Assembly (NCBI GenBank): GCA_947366895.1 | Contig: CANBBP010000003.1 | Location: 40,544 to 104,543, forward strand | DNA from: an uncultured Clostridia bacterium | GTDB taxonomy: Bacteria > Bacillota > Clostridia > Christensenellales > UBA1242 | DNA: 64,000 nucleotides | Direction of reading: 5' to 3' | In this document: positions 34,937 through 44,789 of the stretch, piece by piece | Numbering within the stretch: the stretch's first letter is position 1 | Layout of the letters: the number at the start of each line of letters is the position of its first letter | Made by a program: the position numbers and the translations under genes | Notes under the pieces: generated by a model | Seen by the model: the letters and a program-made list of their open reading frames with translations, nothing else | Told to the model about the DNA's origin: nothing | Databases searched by the model: none

Positions 34937-35230
34937 ATGGAAATTTTAGAAACTAATAAAACTGCCGATAAAACTTTCTCTAATAGTCAAGTTATTTTAC
35001 AAAATAGAAATATCCTTTCTATTACAGGGGTTGAAAAAGTTTATGAAACTACAACTCGTGGTGTTCAGTTAAAGGTCGCAGGCTCAAATATGTGTATTTC
35101 TGGCGAAGGATTAAATATTTCAAAGTTAGATGTTGAAACAGGCAATATTCAAATTGATGGTCTAATAAATGAAATAAAATATTCTTCTGCACAAAATAAA
35201 GAAAATATATTTAAGAAAATATTTAGATGA
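34937..35230 (+). CDS. yabP: Sporulation protein YabP/YqfC family
   Basis: L-NR-LSITGVEKV, I-GEGLNISKLDVETG-I-IDG-I, ends FKKIFR with ATGA overlap to the next gene. Confidence 0.88.
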   Translation: MEILETNKTADKTFSNSQVILQNRNILSITGVEKVYETTTRGVQLKVAGSNMCISGEGLNISKLDVETGNIQIDGLINEIKYSSAQNKENIFKKIFR

Positions 35231-35862
35231 TATTATTTTCAAGTTTTTCTCATATTTGGGTTCTTTTGTTGTTTATGTATTTAGGGTTATCTTCTGGTAT
35301 AATCTTTTTTTCTGCTTCTATTTTTCTAGATAAGTTAAAAATGTTTTTGTTAAGGCCTAAACAAAAAAAAGAAAGAAAAATTAAAAGTTATTTAATTATT
35401 AAAAAAGATAATAAAATAGAAGATAATAACTTTAGTAACTTAAACAGTTCTAATAATAATGAAGCTTTAACACCTAATAAAAAAAATAGAAAACTATTCC
35501 ACAAGAATAACAACAAAAATTTAAATAATAGCAAACAAAAAAAGTCCCATAAAAAAAGCCAAAACATTTTTTTAAAAGTGAAGTTGGGCAATTTTTTTAA
35601 AGGATTATTTTTAAAACTATCAAAAATAAAGGGTAGGGTTATAAATACTAGTTTTACAATAGTAAAAATACTAGTTTTTTTAATTATTGTAGTTGTTAGT
35701 TACCTTATCAATTTATATTTAAATATGGGTTATTTAAGAGTAGGTTTTGTTATTGTTTTTGTTGGTTGTTTTATGCTTGCAAAAAGTGTAATAAAAATGC
35801 TTGCTATTTATCTTGTAAATTTTTATAATTGTTTTAAGAGAAAACTAAATAAACAAAAATAG
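35227..35862 (+). CDS. YabQ-like spore cortex membrane protein with Lys/Asn-rich insertion
   Basis: Position after yabP, hydrophobic N-terminus, LNMGYLR resembling the YabQ N-G-hR motif. Confidence 0.55.
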   Translation: MILFSSFSHIWVLLLFMYLGLSSGIIFFSASIFLDKLKMFLLRPKQKKERKIKSYLIIKKDNKIEDNNFSNLNSSNNNEALTPNKKNRKLFHKNNNKNLNNSKQKKSHKKSQNIFLKVKLGNFFKGLFLKLSKIKGRVINTSFTIVKILVFLIIVVVSYLINLYLNMGYLRVGFVIVFVGCFMLAKSVIKMLAIYLVNFYNCFKRKLNKQK

Positions 35863-36007
35863 TATCCTTAGTTTTTATTGTTTTTTTTGATTATTTATTA
35901 AGTATAAAAACTATCTTACTATAATAATTTATTATAGAAAATAATATTAATTTAAATAAAAAATTAATTAATTTTCTTTTAACAATTAAAAGGTTTGGTT
36001 AAAAAAG

Positions 36008-36187
36008 TTGAGTGAGCAAGATGATAAAAATAAACGCAAAACTAAATTATTAATAATAATGTTAATTGCCATTATTGTTGTTTTGTTTGTTGGTATTATT
36101 TATCAATTTATTACAATAAAAAAAATGCAACAAGCCTTACCAAACACAAATGCAGTAATAGAAATTTTTGATAAAAATTATAAATAA
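36008..36187 (+). CDS. Small bitopic membrane protein at the divIC position (not in ORF track)
   Basis: TTG start; MSEQDDKNKRKTKLLIIMLIAIIVVLFVGIIYQFITIKKMQQALPNTNAVIEIFDKNYK. Confidence 0.55.
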   Translation: MSEQDDKNKRKTKLLIIMLIAIIVVLFVGIIYQFITIKKMQQALPNTNAVIEIFDKNYK

Positions 36188-36291
36188 AAATAGTGATTTA
36201 AAAGTTTTGAAAACTTTTTGTTAAAACTTGACTTATTTACGAATATATTTATAATATAAGCATATATTGATATAAAAGGGGAGAAGTTAAT

Positions 36292-36513
36292 ATGGCAAAT
36301 AAATCTGATTATTTTGGACTTGGATATATTGTAAGTGTTATTCTTGCAATTATTCCAGTAACTGCATGGATATGCGGAGCTCTTACAAGATTTCAAGAAG
36401 GTAAAATTGTTGCTGGTTTAATAAGACTTATATTCGGCTTCAATATCATTTGGATTCTTGACTTAATCTTTATGATTATAAGCAAACATATTTTTAGACT
36501 TATCAACTTATAA
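36292..36513 (+). CDS. Small hypothetical membrane protein (73 aa)
   Basis: SD AAGGGGAG, upstream TTGACT..TATAAT, downstream terminator, hydrophobic sequence. Confidence 0.8.
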   Translation: MANKSDYFGLGYIVSVILAIIPVTAWICGALTRFQEGKIVAGLIRLIFGFNIIWILDLIFMIISKHIFRLINL

Positions 36514-36798
36514 TTAATAGAAAAACGGAAGCGAAAGGCGACCGTTTTTTTATTAGAAAATCAAACAAAAGAAAATAGGGGATAACATAAAGAAACAAGA
36601 AGTTTGTTTTATAATTAAAAAAAGGAGGAAGCGAAAGGCGACCGTTTTTTATTAGAAAATCAAACAAAAGAAAATAGGGGATAACATAAAGAAATAAGAG
36701 GTTTGTTTTATAATTAAAAAAAGGAGGAAGCGAAAGGCGACCGTTTTTTTATTAGGAAAAGCAAACAAAATTAAACAGGAGATAAATTTAAAAACAAG
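36509..36798. repeat. ~100-bp tandem repeat, about 3 copies
   Basis: GGAAGCGAAAGGCGACCG(T)nATTAG at 36527, 36627 and 36726. Copies 1 and 2 nearly identical, copy 3 diverged. Confidence 0.92.
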
Positions 36799-36965
36799 TA
36801 TATATATTTTTAAAATAAAAAATTATAAAATTATTAGTCATAATAAAAAGATAGTCTCAAAATCATACTATCTTTTTTTTGTTTATTATTTCAAAAAGTG
36901 ATATAATAAATTAATTTAAAAATGATAAGTAAAAATAAATATTAGAAAATTATTATGAGGAAAAT

Positions 36966-37799
36966 ATGAAAAATATAAATGCCGAAGAAGTAGAAAAAAG
37001 CATACAAAAAAAATTTCATAAAGAATTGTTTTCAAAGTTTTGTAAGGCTATTAATGAATATCAATTAATTAAAGAAAACGATAAAATTGCTGTTTGTATT
37101 TCAGGGGGAAAAGATTCCATTCTTATGGCAAAGCTTTTTCAGGAATTGATGCGTCATCATAAGTTTTACTTCGAACTAGTTTTTCTTGTAATGGACCCAG
37201 GTTATAGCAAACCTAATAGAGATTTAATAGAAAAAAATGCTAGTTTACTTAATATTCCTATAGAGATATTTAATTCAACTATATTTGAAAATGTTTTTAA
37301 TATTGAAAAATCTCCCTGTTATATTTGTGCAAGAATGCGTCGAGGTGAACTTTATAACAAAGCAAAAAGTTTAGGTTGCAATAAAATTGCTTTGGGCCAT
37401 CACTATGATGATGTTATAGAAACCATTCTTATGGGAATGCTTTACGGTGGTCAAGTTCAAACCATGATGCCTAAAATTCATAGTACAAATTATGAAGGAA
37501 TGGAACTTATTAGACCTATGTATTTAATTAGAGAAAGCGACATTAAAAAATGGAGAGATTATAATAATTTAAATTTTTTACAGTGTGCCTGTAAATTTAC
37601 TGAAAAAAATGCTGATTATAAAAGTGATATAAACTCTTCAAAAAGGTTGAAGGTTAAAAAGATAATTTCTGAACTTGCAAAAGAGGATCCTCAAATTGAA
37701 GCAAATATTTTTAAAAGTGTGGAAAATGTTAATCTTAGTACCATAATAGCTTATAAAGATAAATCAAATATAAAGCACAATTTTAAAGATGAATACTAA
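36966..37799 (+). CDS. ttcA: tRNA 2-thiocytidine biosynthesis TtcA family protein
   Basis: PP-loop SGGKDS, PCYICARMRRG, IALGHHYDD, LIRP. Confidence 0.88.
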   Translation: MKNINAEEVEKSIQKKFHKELFSKFCKAINEYQLIKENDKIAVCISGGKDSILMAKLFQELMRHHKFYFELVFLVMDPGYSKPNRDLIEKNASLLNIPIEIFNSTIFENVFNIEKSPCYICARMRRGELYNKAKSLGCNKIALGHHYDDVIETILMGMLYGGQVQTMMPKIHSTNYEGMELIRPMYLIRESDIKKWRDYNNLNFLQCACKFTEKNADYKSDINSSKRLKVKKIISELAKEDPQIEANIFKSVENVNLSTIIAYKDKSNIKHNFKDEY

Positions 37800-37871
37800 G
37801 TAATTTTAAAAGATTAATTTTATAAACTTAAGTTTAAAAATTTTTTAAGAAAAAAGCAAAAGGGAATTTTT

Positions 37872-38369
37872 ATGTATAACGAATTAACAAAAAAAGATAT
37901 TCAAAAAATGCAAGAAGAAATAGATTATAGAATTGCTGTAATAAGACCTAAAATATCTCAAGATATTGTAGAAGCAAAAGCTCATGGAGATTTAAGTGAA
38001 AACGCAGAATACCACGCAGCAAGAAAAGAAAAGGGAAGAAATGAAGGTAGAATTGAATATCTTCGAGCAATGATTAAAACAGCCAAAATTGTTGAACCAA
38101 ATTCAAACAGTAATGAAGTTGGATTATTTGACAAGGTTGAAGTTTTATTTGAAGAAGATAATGAAATACAAACTATTCAAATTTCTACAACAATGCGTAA
38201 TGATGCTTCGCATGGTATAATTAGTAAAGAGTCTCCTTTTGGCAAGGCAATTTTAGGTAAAGGTGTAGGAGATAGGGTTGAAGTAAAAGTAAATAGCGAT
38301 TATAGTTATCATGTTATAATTAAAAATATTACTAAGGGTGTTGATGACATTGATTTACCTTTAGGTTAA
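37872..38369 (+). CDS. greA: Transcription elongation factor GreA family
   Basis: AHGDLSENAEY, IS-ESPFGKAILG. Confidence 0.92.
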   Translation: MYNELTKKDIQKMQEEIDYRIAVIRPKISQDIVEAKAHGDLSENAEYHAARKEKGRNEGRIEYLRAMIKTAKIVEPNSNSNEVGLFDKVEVLFEEDNEIQTIQISTTMRNDASHGIISKESPFGKAILGKGVGDRVEVKVNSDYSYHVIIKNITKGVDDIDLPLG

Positions 38370-38517
38370 TAAAGATAGAGACATTTTTTATTAGATATAT
38401 AGGTTAATAATATTTATTTAATAATGTAAATATTTTTTGTTTAAACTAAATTTATACATAGTTATAATATATATATATTATTTAAAATTAATATATATAA
38501 AATATGGAGTAAGACCA

Positions 38518-41500
38518 ATGAAAAAAAACTTTTATATATTTTTATCTTTTATACTTTTATTTATAACAGGTTTTAATATTGCTAAAACTGATGTTTTATC
38601 GTTTGCTACAAATGGTCTTACATTTAATAGTTTTTCTAGTAACGTTCTAGACCTTTTAGAAGGAAAAAATCCGCAAGAAGATGCCGATAAAATATTTGAT
38701 ATAAATCAAGATTTAACAACTATAAATAATACCTTAATGGTTGATAGTACAACTTTTGGCACTATTACTAAAAGCGAAATTATTATAAACAATCATAATT
38801 GTGAAGTTAACTTTAACAATAAAAAAGTTTCTTTGCAAGAAGGAGATAATTTATTTCTAGTTGATAATTCAGAAATAATTATTTCTAACGTAGAACCAAT
38901 ATTAAAAAACAACAAGTTTTACTTTCCTTTAGAAGATATTGCAAAATGCTTAGGCTTTGAAGTTTATCAAACTGAAACAAATGTTGTTTTATCTAACCCT
39001 TATCAATCAAAAAGATTAATAGTTAAAAGCAATAATAATTTAAATAAAATGGGTGCCACTAAAAATGTTGAAGGTTATAAGGATTTTCACATTTTTGAAT
39101 ATTCATCAGAAGAAGCTTGCAAAAATGCATATGAATATTATAACTCATTATCAAGCATAGACTGGGTAAGTGTTGACAAGGTTTATAGTATTAATGATGA
39201 AGCAAAATTAGATGTTAATAATAAAACAACTTCAGAAAATAATATATTTGGTTTAAATGATAATTTTTCATATTCAACATGGGGAGCAACACCCATGGGG
39301 GTAGAAAATTATTCAAATTATTTAAGTGGACTATCTTCTCTTAAAGAGACAATTATCGCAGTTTTAGATACTGGTTTAGATAGTGACCACGAATGGTTTA
39401 AAAATCGAGTGGTATTAGGTGGTAAGAATTTTTCTACTTCTAAAAGTACAACAAGTTGTGAATATGAAGATGTTAATGGACATGGTACTCACGTAGCAGG
39501 TACTATAGTAGATTTAACTTTAGATAATGTAAAAATTTTGCCTATTAAAATTATGGATGATGATGGATTTGGTTACACTACAAATATATTATTAGGTTTG
39601 GAATACATAATAGATTTAAAAAATGGTGAAGTTACAATAACAAATAAAAATTTAGAAACCGTTAGCTTTGATAATCTTATTGCGATGAATTTAAGTTTTG
39701 GCGGAACTGGTAGCAAGGTTGGTAGTAATAATTACAATATGTACAATCAAGTTTTAACCTCTGCCTATAGTTTAGGAGTGTTACCTGTTGTAGCAGCAGG
39801 CAATGATGGTATAAATGTTATTGATACATCTCCTGCCAATGTTAGTTGTGCAATAACTGTATCTGCAGTAGGTCAAGCGGGAAAAACATATTATCACCCA
39901 CACTGGTCAAACTGGGGAGAATTTATTGATGTTTGTGCCCCTGGGGAGGATATTGTTAGTGCTTGTGTAGGAGGAGGAACTATTTCACTTGATGGTACTT
40001 CTATGGCAGCTCCTCATGTTGCAGGTGCTGTTGCCTTACTTTATTCGGGTGGTTATAATCTTAGTCAAATTGAAAGTTTTTTATTAAATAATTCTTTAGA
40101 TTTAGGAATAAGCGGTTGGGACAATTATTATGGAAATGGCTTTGTTAATATTAGTTATGCCTATGCTGAATTATTAGAAGAAACTGTAGCCTTAAGCAAT
40201 ATAACCATTGAACATGACAATAGTTTTGAATTATTACTTTCTTTTAATAATAGGGATGCAGTAATTTTTTACACCTTAGATAATACAGAACCAAACATAA
40301 ATAGTAATCTTTATAATCAAAAAATAATAATAGACAAAACACTTAAGTTAAGAGCAAAAGCTTTTGTTCTTGATAACAATAATAAAGTTATTAAGTATAG
40401 TAAAGAAACTTCTCAAACTTTTGTTATTGCTGGTAATGATATAGAAAATGCTTACACAATATCAGAAAATGGAGAACTATTAAGTTATAATGGAGTATTT
40501 AGTAATGTTATTGTTCCAAGTTCATATAATGGGAAAACTATAACCTCTATAGGTTCAAGAGCTTTTATCGGAGCAGACCCTAGTTTTGTTTTTTTACCAG
40601 CTTCTGTTACAACAATAGGTAGATATGCCTTTTATGGTTGTAGTAATCTTGAAGAAGTTAAAGCAAGTAAGGTTACTGAGATAGGAATGTATGCTTTTTA
40701 TTCCTGTGAAAGTTATACATATCTAACTGATTCACAATTTCCAAACTTACAAATAATAGACAAATATGCTTTCTCAAATTGTGGGAACCTAAATAATATT
40801 AGTTTATCTAATGTACAAATTATTGATTATTTTGCGTTTTGTATGAATTTAGTTACTCCTTTAAACTTAGTATCAATTAATTTACCAAACATAAAAATAT
40901 TAGGAGATTTTGCTTTTTATGGAGCTAGCCTTCTACAAGAGGTAAATTTACCAAAGGTAGAAATCATAGGTTCAAAAACCTTTATGGAATGCAAAATAAC
41001 ACAACTGGATTTACCAAATGCAAAATATTTAGGCTCTCAAAGCTTTGAAGCAAATAATTTAGTATCAGTAGCTTTACCAGAGGTTATTCTTATAGGTAGT
41101 CAATGCTTTTATAATTGTAATAATTTAAAATCTGCAATAATACCAAAAGTTGAACACATTGCAAGTTTAGGCTTTGCTAGAACAGGCTTAACCAATGTAA
41201 ATATGCCACATGTAGAAAGTTTAGGAGTAGAAGCATTTTATAATTGTACAAGTTTAAGATTATTTAATGCTCCTAAGTTAAAAACAATAAAATCGGAAGC
41301 CTTTTATAATTGTTTATCTTTGCAAGAAATTTCTCTTCCTAATGTAGTTAGCATAGAAAAAGAGGCTTTTTACAACATAACAAAAGTATCTAAAATAACT
41401 CTATCACCATACCTAAATTATATTTCAAGTTATGCTTTTAATAGGTTTAGTAGTAATTGTGTTTTTTATATTTATCAAAATACTCCAGCAAAAGATTTTG

Positions 41501-43977
41501 TTTTAAACTTTAAAACAGGAAGTAGTGCAAAAATTATTTATGTAGTTGTTGATTCTCAGTTATCAGATTTATTTTTGTATGAAGTTATTGATAGTAAAGA
41601 AGTATATATAAAAGGGATAATAAATAATACAAATATTGAAACTTTAGAAATTCCAAATTATATAGAAAATTTACCAGTAACTAAAATATGTGCAGGGGCT
41701 TTTAAAGATAATAGTTCAATATCAAAATTATGTCTTATGAATGTTGAAACAATAGAAGCTCATGCCTTTGAAAATTGTATTAATCTAACGAGCATTGAAC
41801 TAGCAAATGTAAAAACTATAGGTGATAGTGCTTTTAGTGGTTGCAATAATTTAACCCAAGTTGAAATAGAAAAAGTAGAAGAACTAGGAGAATATGCCTT
41901 TTATAATTGTGCTAAATTATTAAAAATAAAATTAGGAGATAATGTTTCTACCATAAACTTTAAAGCCTTAGGCTATAAAGATAGTGGTGTAATTAATAGT
42001 TTTACTATGTTTTGTCATGAAGGGGTGGCACAAAACTATGCTAAGAATAACAATATTAATGTCCACAATATATTTAAAGCTTTAGAAAAATTTTATTTTA
42101 ATTATTATGATAATAACGGAACACAAGAAATTTATATTTCTTTAGTAGATGGGTATACATCAGGGGCTGTGGTTATACCTTCAAATTATAATGGTTATAA
42201 TATCACTAAAATAGGTGATAAAGCTTTTGAAGATTGTGTATTAATAACACATATTAAATTACCTGATACTATAACAAATTTAGGAGATAGTGCATTTTAT
42301 AATTGTACAAATTTAGTTTCTATAAATTTAGAAAATATTAAAACAATAGGTAAACAATGTTTTAGTAGATGTGAAAACTTGCGTTCGGTTAAATTTAATG
42401 TATTAGAAGAAATACCTATTCAAGCTTTTGCGAATTGTTATAATCTAGAACTTGTTGAAATACCACAAGTTAAAACTATTAGCGACCAAGCATTCTATTT
42501 ATGTATAGGCTTAATTACTGTGATTTCTCCTAATTTGCAGACAATAGGATACGGTGGGTTTTTAAATGCTTATAAGCTTAAAAACATTAACCTTAATGCT
42601 GTAAAGACATTAGGAACTAAAGCCCTAACCTCAAGGGGAACCCTTACGATTGATGGTTCGGTATTCCAAAATTGTTACGAATTAACAAATTTTATATACC
42701 TACCTAAAATAGAAGAACTAGGCGACCAGTTGTTTAATGGTTCAGGGGTAACAAAAATTGCTATAGGAAATAATTTTAGATATTATGATGAAACTTCAAG
42801 TTATAAAGCAATTCATAGTAATATTATAATTTATGGATATGTTAATAGTTATGCTCAAACTTATTCAACAAGAAATGGTAATACTTTTGTTGGTATTAAT
42901 GAGTTTAAAATAATAAACAATAGTGAAACTAAAAAAAGTTGTTTACAAAAAGAACCTTGTACAATAAGTGTTAATGCAAAAGGTTTAAATTTAAAATATC
43001 AATGGTATGAAGTTATATCAGGAAATGCACAAATAATAAATAATGAAACTAACAAAACTCTTAATGTAGATACCTCTCTTGTAGGAATAAAAACATATTA
43101 TGTTGTAATTACAAATTGGGATGATGAGACATTAGTTTCTAGTAACTATTCAGTTAATGTTTTACCAAGCTATGAAATTAAAGTAACTTGTGATAATAGG
43201 GGAACAGTTACTGCTGAACCTAGCGGAAGAATACTTCCAGGAGGAAATGCTACTTATTATGTAAAAGCAAATGAAGGTTGTTATTTAGTTAAAATTATTG
43301 TTGATGGTATAGTTTTATCGGATAGTGAAATGCAAGATGTTTTAGTTAATGGATATACATTTTCCAATGTTACAAGCGACCATACTTTTGAAGTTGAGTT
43401 TGGTATTAATACCTATTTAATAACTGTATCTAGCGGTCAACATGGTAGAGCATCTTGTGGGCAACAAGAAGTAGCACATGGTGCAAATTTCACCGTAAAT
43501 TTTTACCCAGATGCTGGCTATCATGTTGAACAAATTTTAGTTGATGGAGTTAACGTAGGAAAAGCAAATAGTTACACATTTGTAAATGTTAAAAAGAGTT
43601 ATTCTTTAGAAGTTATTTTTGCAGAAACTTTTTATAAAATAAATTTAAGACATAATAGTTTTGGAAATTTAAGTTGTGATAAACCTTTACAAAACATTGC
43701 AAATGGCGAAGATAGAACTTTTACAATCTTTGTTGAAGAAGGTTATTATGTAGACAGCGTAAAATGTAATGGAAAAAAACTTATTGTTGAAAACAATACC
43801 TTTACAATTTCTAATATTTCAGAAGATATTAATCTTGAAATAGATTTTAAAGAAATAAATCCTACAATAAATGAACCAACAACTATAAAAGATGCATTAA
43901 TATTGTTTGGTATAATAGCAGCAATTATCTTGGTTGTGTCATTGCCTGTAATGATACTTAAAAAAAGACGAAAATAA
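38518..43977 (+). CDS. Cell-surface S8 subtilase fused to BspA-type LRRs and Ig-like repeats
   Basis: Signal peptide MKKNFY..., triad VLDTG / HGTHVAG / GTSMAAPHVAG, many IG-AF-C-L repeats, beta-sandwich repeats, C-terminal TM plus KKRRK. Start placed behind SD GGAG. Confidence 0.92.
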   Translation: MKKNFYIFLSFILLFITGFNIAKTDVLSFATNGLTFNSFSSNVLDLLEGKNPQEDADKIFDINQDLTTINNTLMVDSTTFGTITKSEIIINNHNCEVNFNNKKVSLQEGDNLFLVDNSEIIISNVEPILKNNKFYFPLEDIAKCLGFEVYQTETNVVLSNPYQSKRLIVKSNNNLNKMGATKNVEGYKDFHIFEYSSEEACKNAYEYYNSLSSIDWVSVDKVYSINDEAKLDVNNKTTSENNIFGLNDNFSYSTWGATPMGVENYSNYLSGLSSLKETIIAVLDTGLDSDHEWFKNRVVLGGKNFSTSKSTTSCEYEDVNGHGTHVAGTIVDLTLDNVKILPIKIMDDDGFGYTTNILLGLEYIIDLKNGEVTITNKNLETVSFDNLIAMNLSFGGTGSKVGSNNYNMYNQVLTSAYSLGVLPVVAAGNDGINVIDTSPANVSCAITVSAVGQAGKTYYHPHWSNWGEFIDVCAPGEDIVSACVGGGTISLDGTSMAAPHVAGAVALLYSGGYNLSQIESFLLNNSLDLGISGWDNYYGNGFVNISYAYAELLEETVALSNITIEHDNSFELLLSFNNRDAVIFYTLDNTEPNINSNLYNQKIIIDKTLKLRAKAFVLDNNNKVIKYSKETSQTFVIAGNDIENAYTISENGELLSYNGVFSNVIVPSSYNGKTITSIGSRAFIGADPSFVFLPASVTTIGRYAFYGCSNLEEVKASKVTEIGMYAFYSCESYTYLTDSQFPNLQIIDKYAFSNCGNLNNISLSNVQIIDYFAFCMNLVTPLNLVSINLPNIKILGDFAFYGASLLQEVNLPKVEIIGSKTFMECKITQLDLPNAKYLGSQSFEANNLVSVALPEVILIGSQCFYNCNNLKSAIIPKVEHIASLGFARTGLTNVNMPHVESLGVEAFYNCTSLRLFNAPKLKTIKSEAFYNCLSLQEISLPNVVSIEKEAFYNITKVSKITLSPYLNYISSYAFNRFSSNCVFYIYQNTPAKDFVLNFKTGSSAKIIYVVVDSQLSDLFLYEVIDSKEVYIKGIINNTNIETLEIPNYIENLPVTKICAGAFKDNSSISKLCLMNVETIEAHAFENCINLTSIELANVKTIGDSAFSGCNNLTQVEIEKVEELGEYAFYNCAKLLKIKLGDNVSTINFKALGYKDSGVINSFTMFCHEGVAQNYAKNNNINVHNIFKALEKFYFNYYDNNGTQEIYISLVDGYTSGAVVIPSNYNGYNITKIGDKAFEDCVLITHIKLPDTITNLGDSAFYNCTNLVSINLENIKTIGKQCFSRCENLRSVKFNVLEEIPIQAFANCYNLELVEIPQVKTISDQAFYLCIGLITVISPNLQTIGYGGFLNAYKLKNINLNAVKTLGTKALTSRGTLTIDGSVFQNCYELTNFIYLPKIEELGDQLFNGSGVTKIAIGNNFRYYDETSSYKAIHSNIIIYGYVNSYAQTYSTRNGNTFVGINEFKIINNSETKKSCLQKEPCTISVNAKGLNLKYQWYEVISGNAQIINNETNKTLNVDTSLVGIKTYYVVITNWDDETLVSSNYSVNVLPSYEIKVTCDNRGTVTAEPSGRILPGGNATYYVKANEGCYLVKIIVDGIVLSDSEMQDVLVNGYTFSNVTSDHTFEVEFGINTYLITVSSGQHGRASCGQQEVAHGANFTVNFYPDAGYHVEQILVDGVNVGKANSYTFVNVKKSYSLEVIFAETFYKINLRHNSFGNLSCDKPLQNIANGEDRTFTIFVEEGYYVDSVKCNGKKLIVENNTFTISNISEDINLEIDFKEINPTINEPTTIKDALILFGIIAAIILVVSLPVMILKKRRK

Positions 43978-44056
43978 AACATTAAATTAAATAGTAAAAG
44001 TTTTATTAGGGTCATAAACTTTTTAAGCAATAAATAATTTAAGTTAATAAATTACA

Positions 44057-44090
44057 AAAAATAAAATAGGGCATTTGCCCTATTTTATTT
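44057..44090. terminator. Bidirectional intrinsic terminator
   Basis: AAAATAAAATAGGGCA / TGCCCTATTTTATTTT. Confidence 0.85.
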
Positions 44091-44095
44091 TGCTA

Positions 44096-44296
44096 TTAAT
44101 TATCCATATTTAAAAGGTAATCGGTTGTAACATTAAAATACTTTGCTAAAATTTTTATAGCCTCTACACTTGGATTTTTTTTACCATTCTCTCATTTATT
44201 GATAATTGATAAACTAAAATGAAGTTGTTCGGCTAGTTGTGCTTGCGTTAAACCTTTTTCTTCTCTTAATTCACGTAAAATATCTTTAAATTCCAT
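44096..44296 (-). pseudogene. XRE/cI-type HTH regulator with in-frame nonsense codon
   Basis: MEFKDILRELREEKGLTQAQLAEQLHFSLSIINK*ENGKKNPSVEAIKILAKYFNVTTDYLLNMDN; TGA at 44192-44194 replaces the conserved Trp of WENG. Confidence 0.85.
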
Positions 44297-44305
44297 ATTC
44301 ATATT

Positions 44306-44355
44306 ATAAGCACTAAAGTACTAATTATACTTGACATAAGCACTATGGTGCTTAT
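44306..44355. promoter_or_regulatory. Two 20-bp palindromic operators over divergent promoters
   Basis: ATAAGCAC-TAAA-GTACTAAT (44306-25) and ATAAGCAC-TATG-GTGCTTAT (44336-55); TTGACA at 44331; minus-strand TATAAT at 44308-44303. Confidence 0.7.
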
Positions 44356-44471
44356 TAAATATTATCTTAAATTAATTTACATATTTAATTATTTAAACAA
44401 GTAGTATTTATAATTATAATAATATTTAATCTTTTTAATGTGTAATTATGTAAAGATTAGTTTTAGGTAAT

Positions 44472-44732
44472 CTATGCGTTAAAAGTGCTTCTAGCACTTC
44501 CTATGTTTTGTAATTCAAAACGAAAGTTTTGTTCTGCATTAGGATATTTTGTTTTATCAGTTTTTGAAGTAAATGAAGAAAGTTCTCTTACATAAAGTTC
44601 GTGATTTCCATATAGTGCCCTATAAATAACAACTTTAGCATTTGTTTCGCTATCTACTGCAACTCCTTCAACAATATAATAATCTCCCTTAAAATGTCTA
44701 TAAACACCATGTACTTTAACTTCAGTTATCAT
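44472..44732 (-). CDS. DUF1653 family protein
   Basis: GVYRHFKG-YY, A-DSET, VIYRALYG, YVR, RFE. Confidence 0.9.
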   Translation of the reverse strand: MITEVKVHGVYRHFKGDYYIVEGVAVDSETNAKVVIYRALYGNHELYVRELSSFTSKTDKTKYPNAEQNFRFELQNIGSARSTFNA

Positions 44733-44789
44733 AAATTTTTCTCCTTATTAATTTAATATTATCATAACTAAATGATTTATCAAATAGTT

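Noticed and set aside
36509-36798. 100-bp repeats as CRISPR or type III antitoxin array
   Set aside because: The would-be spacers are homologous to each other and the downstream gene is TtcA, not a Cas protein or ToxN-like nuclease.
44192-44194. TGA-to-Trp recoding (code 4)
   Set aside because: All conserved genes translate full length in code 11 with TGG for Trp, and yabP terminates at TGA.
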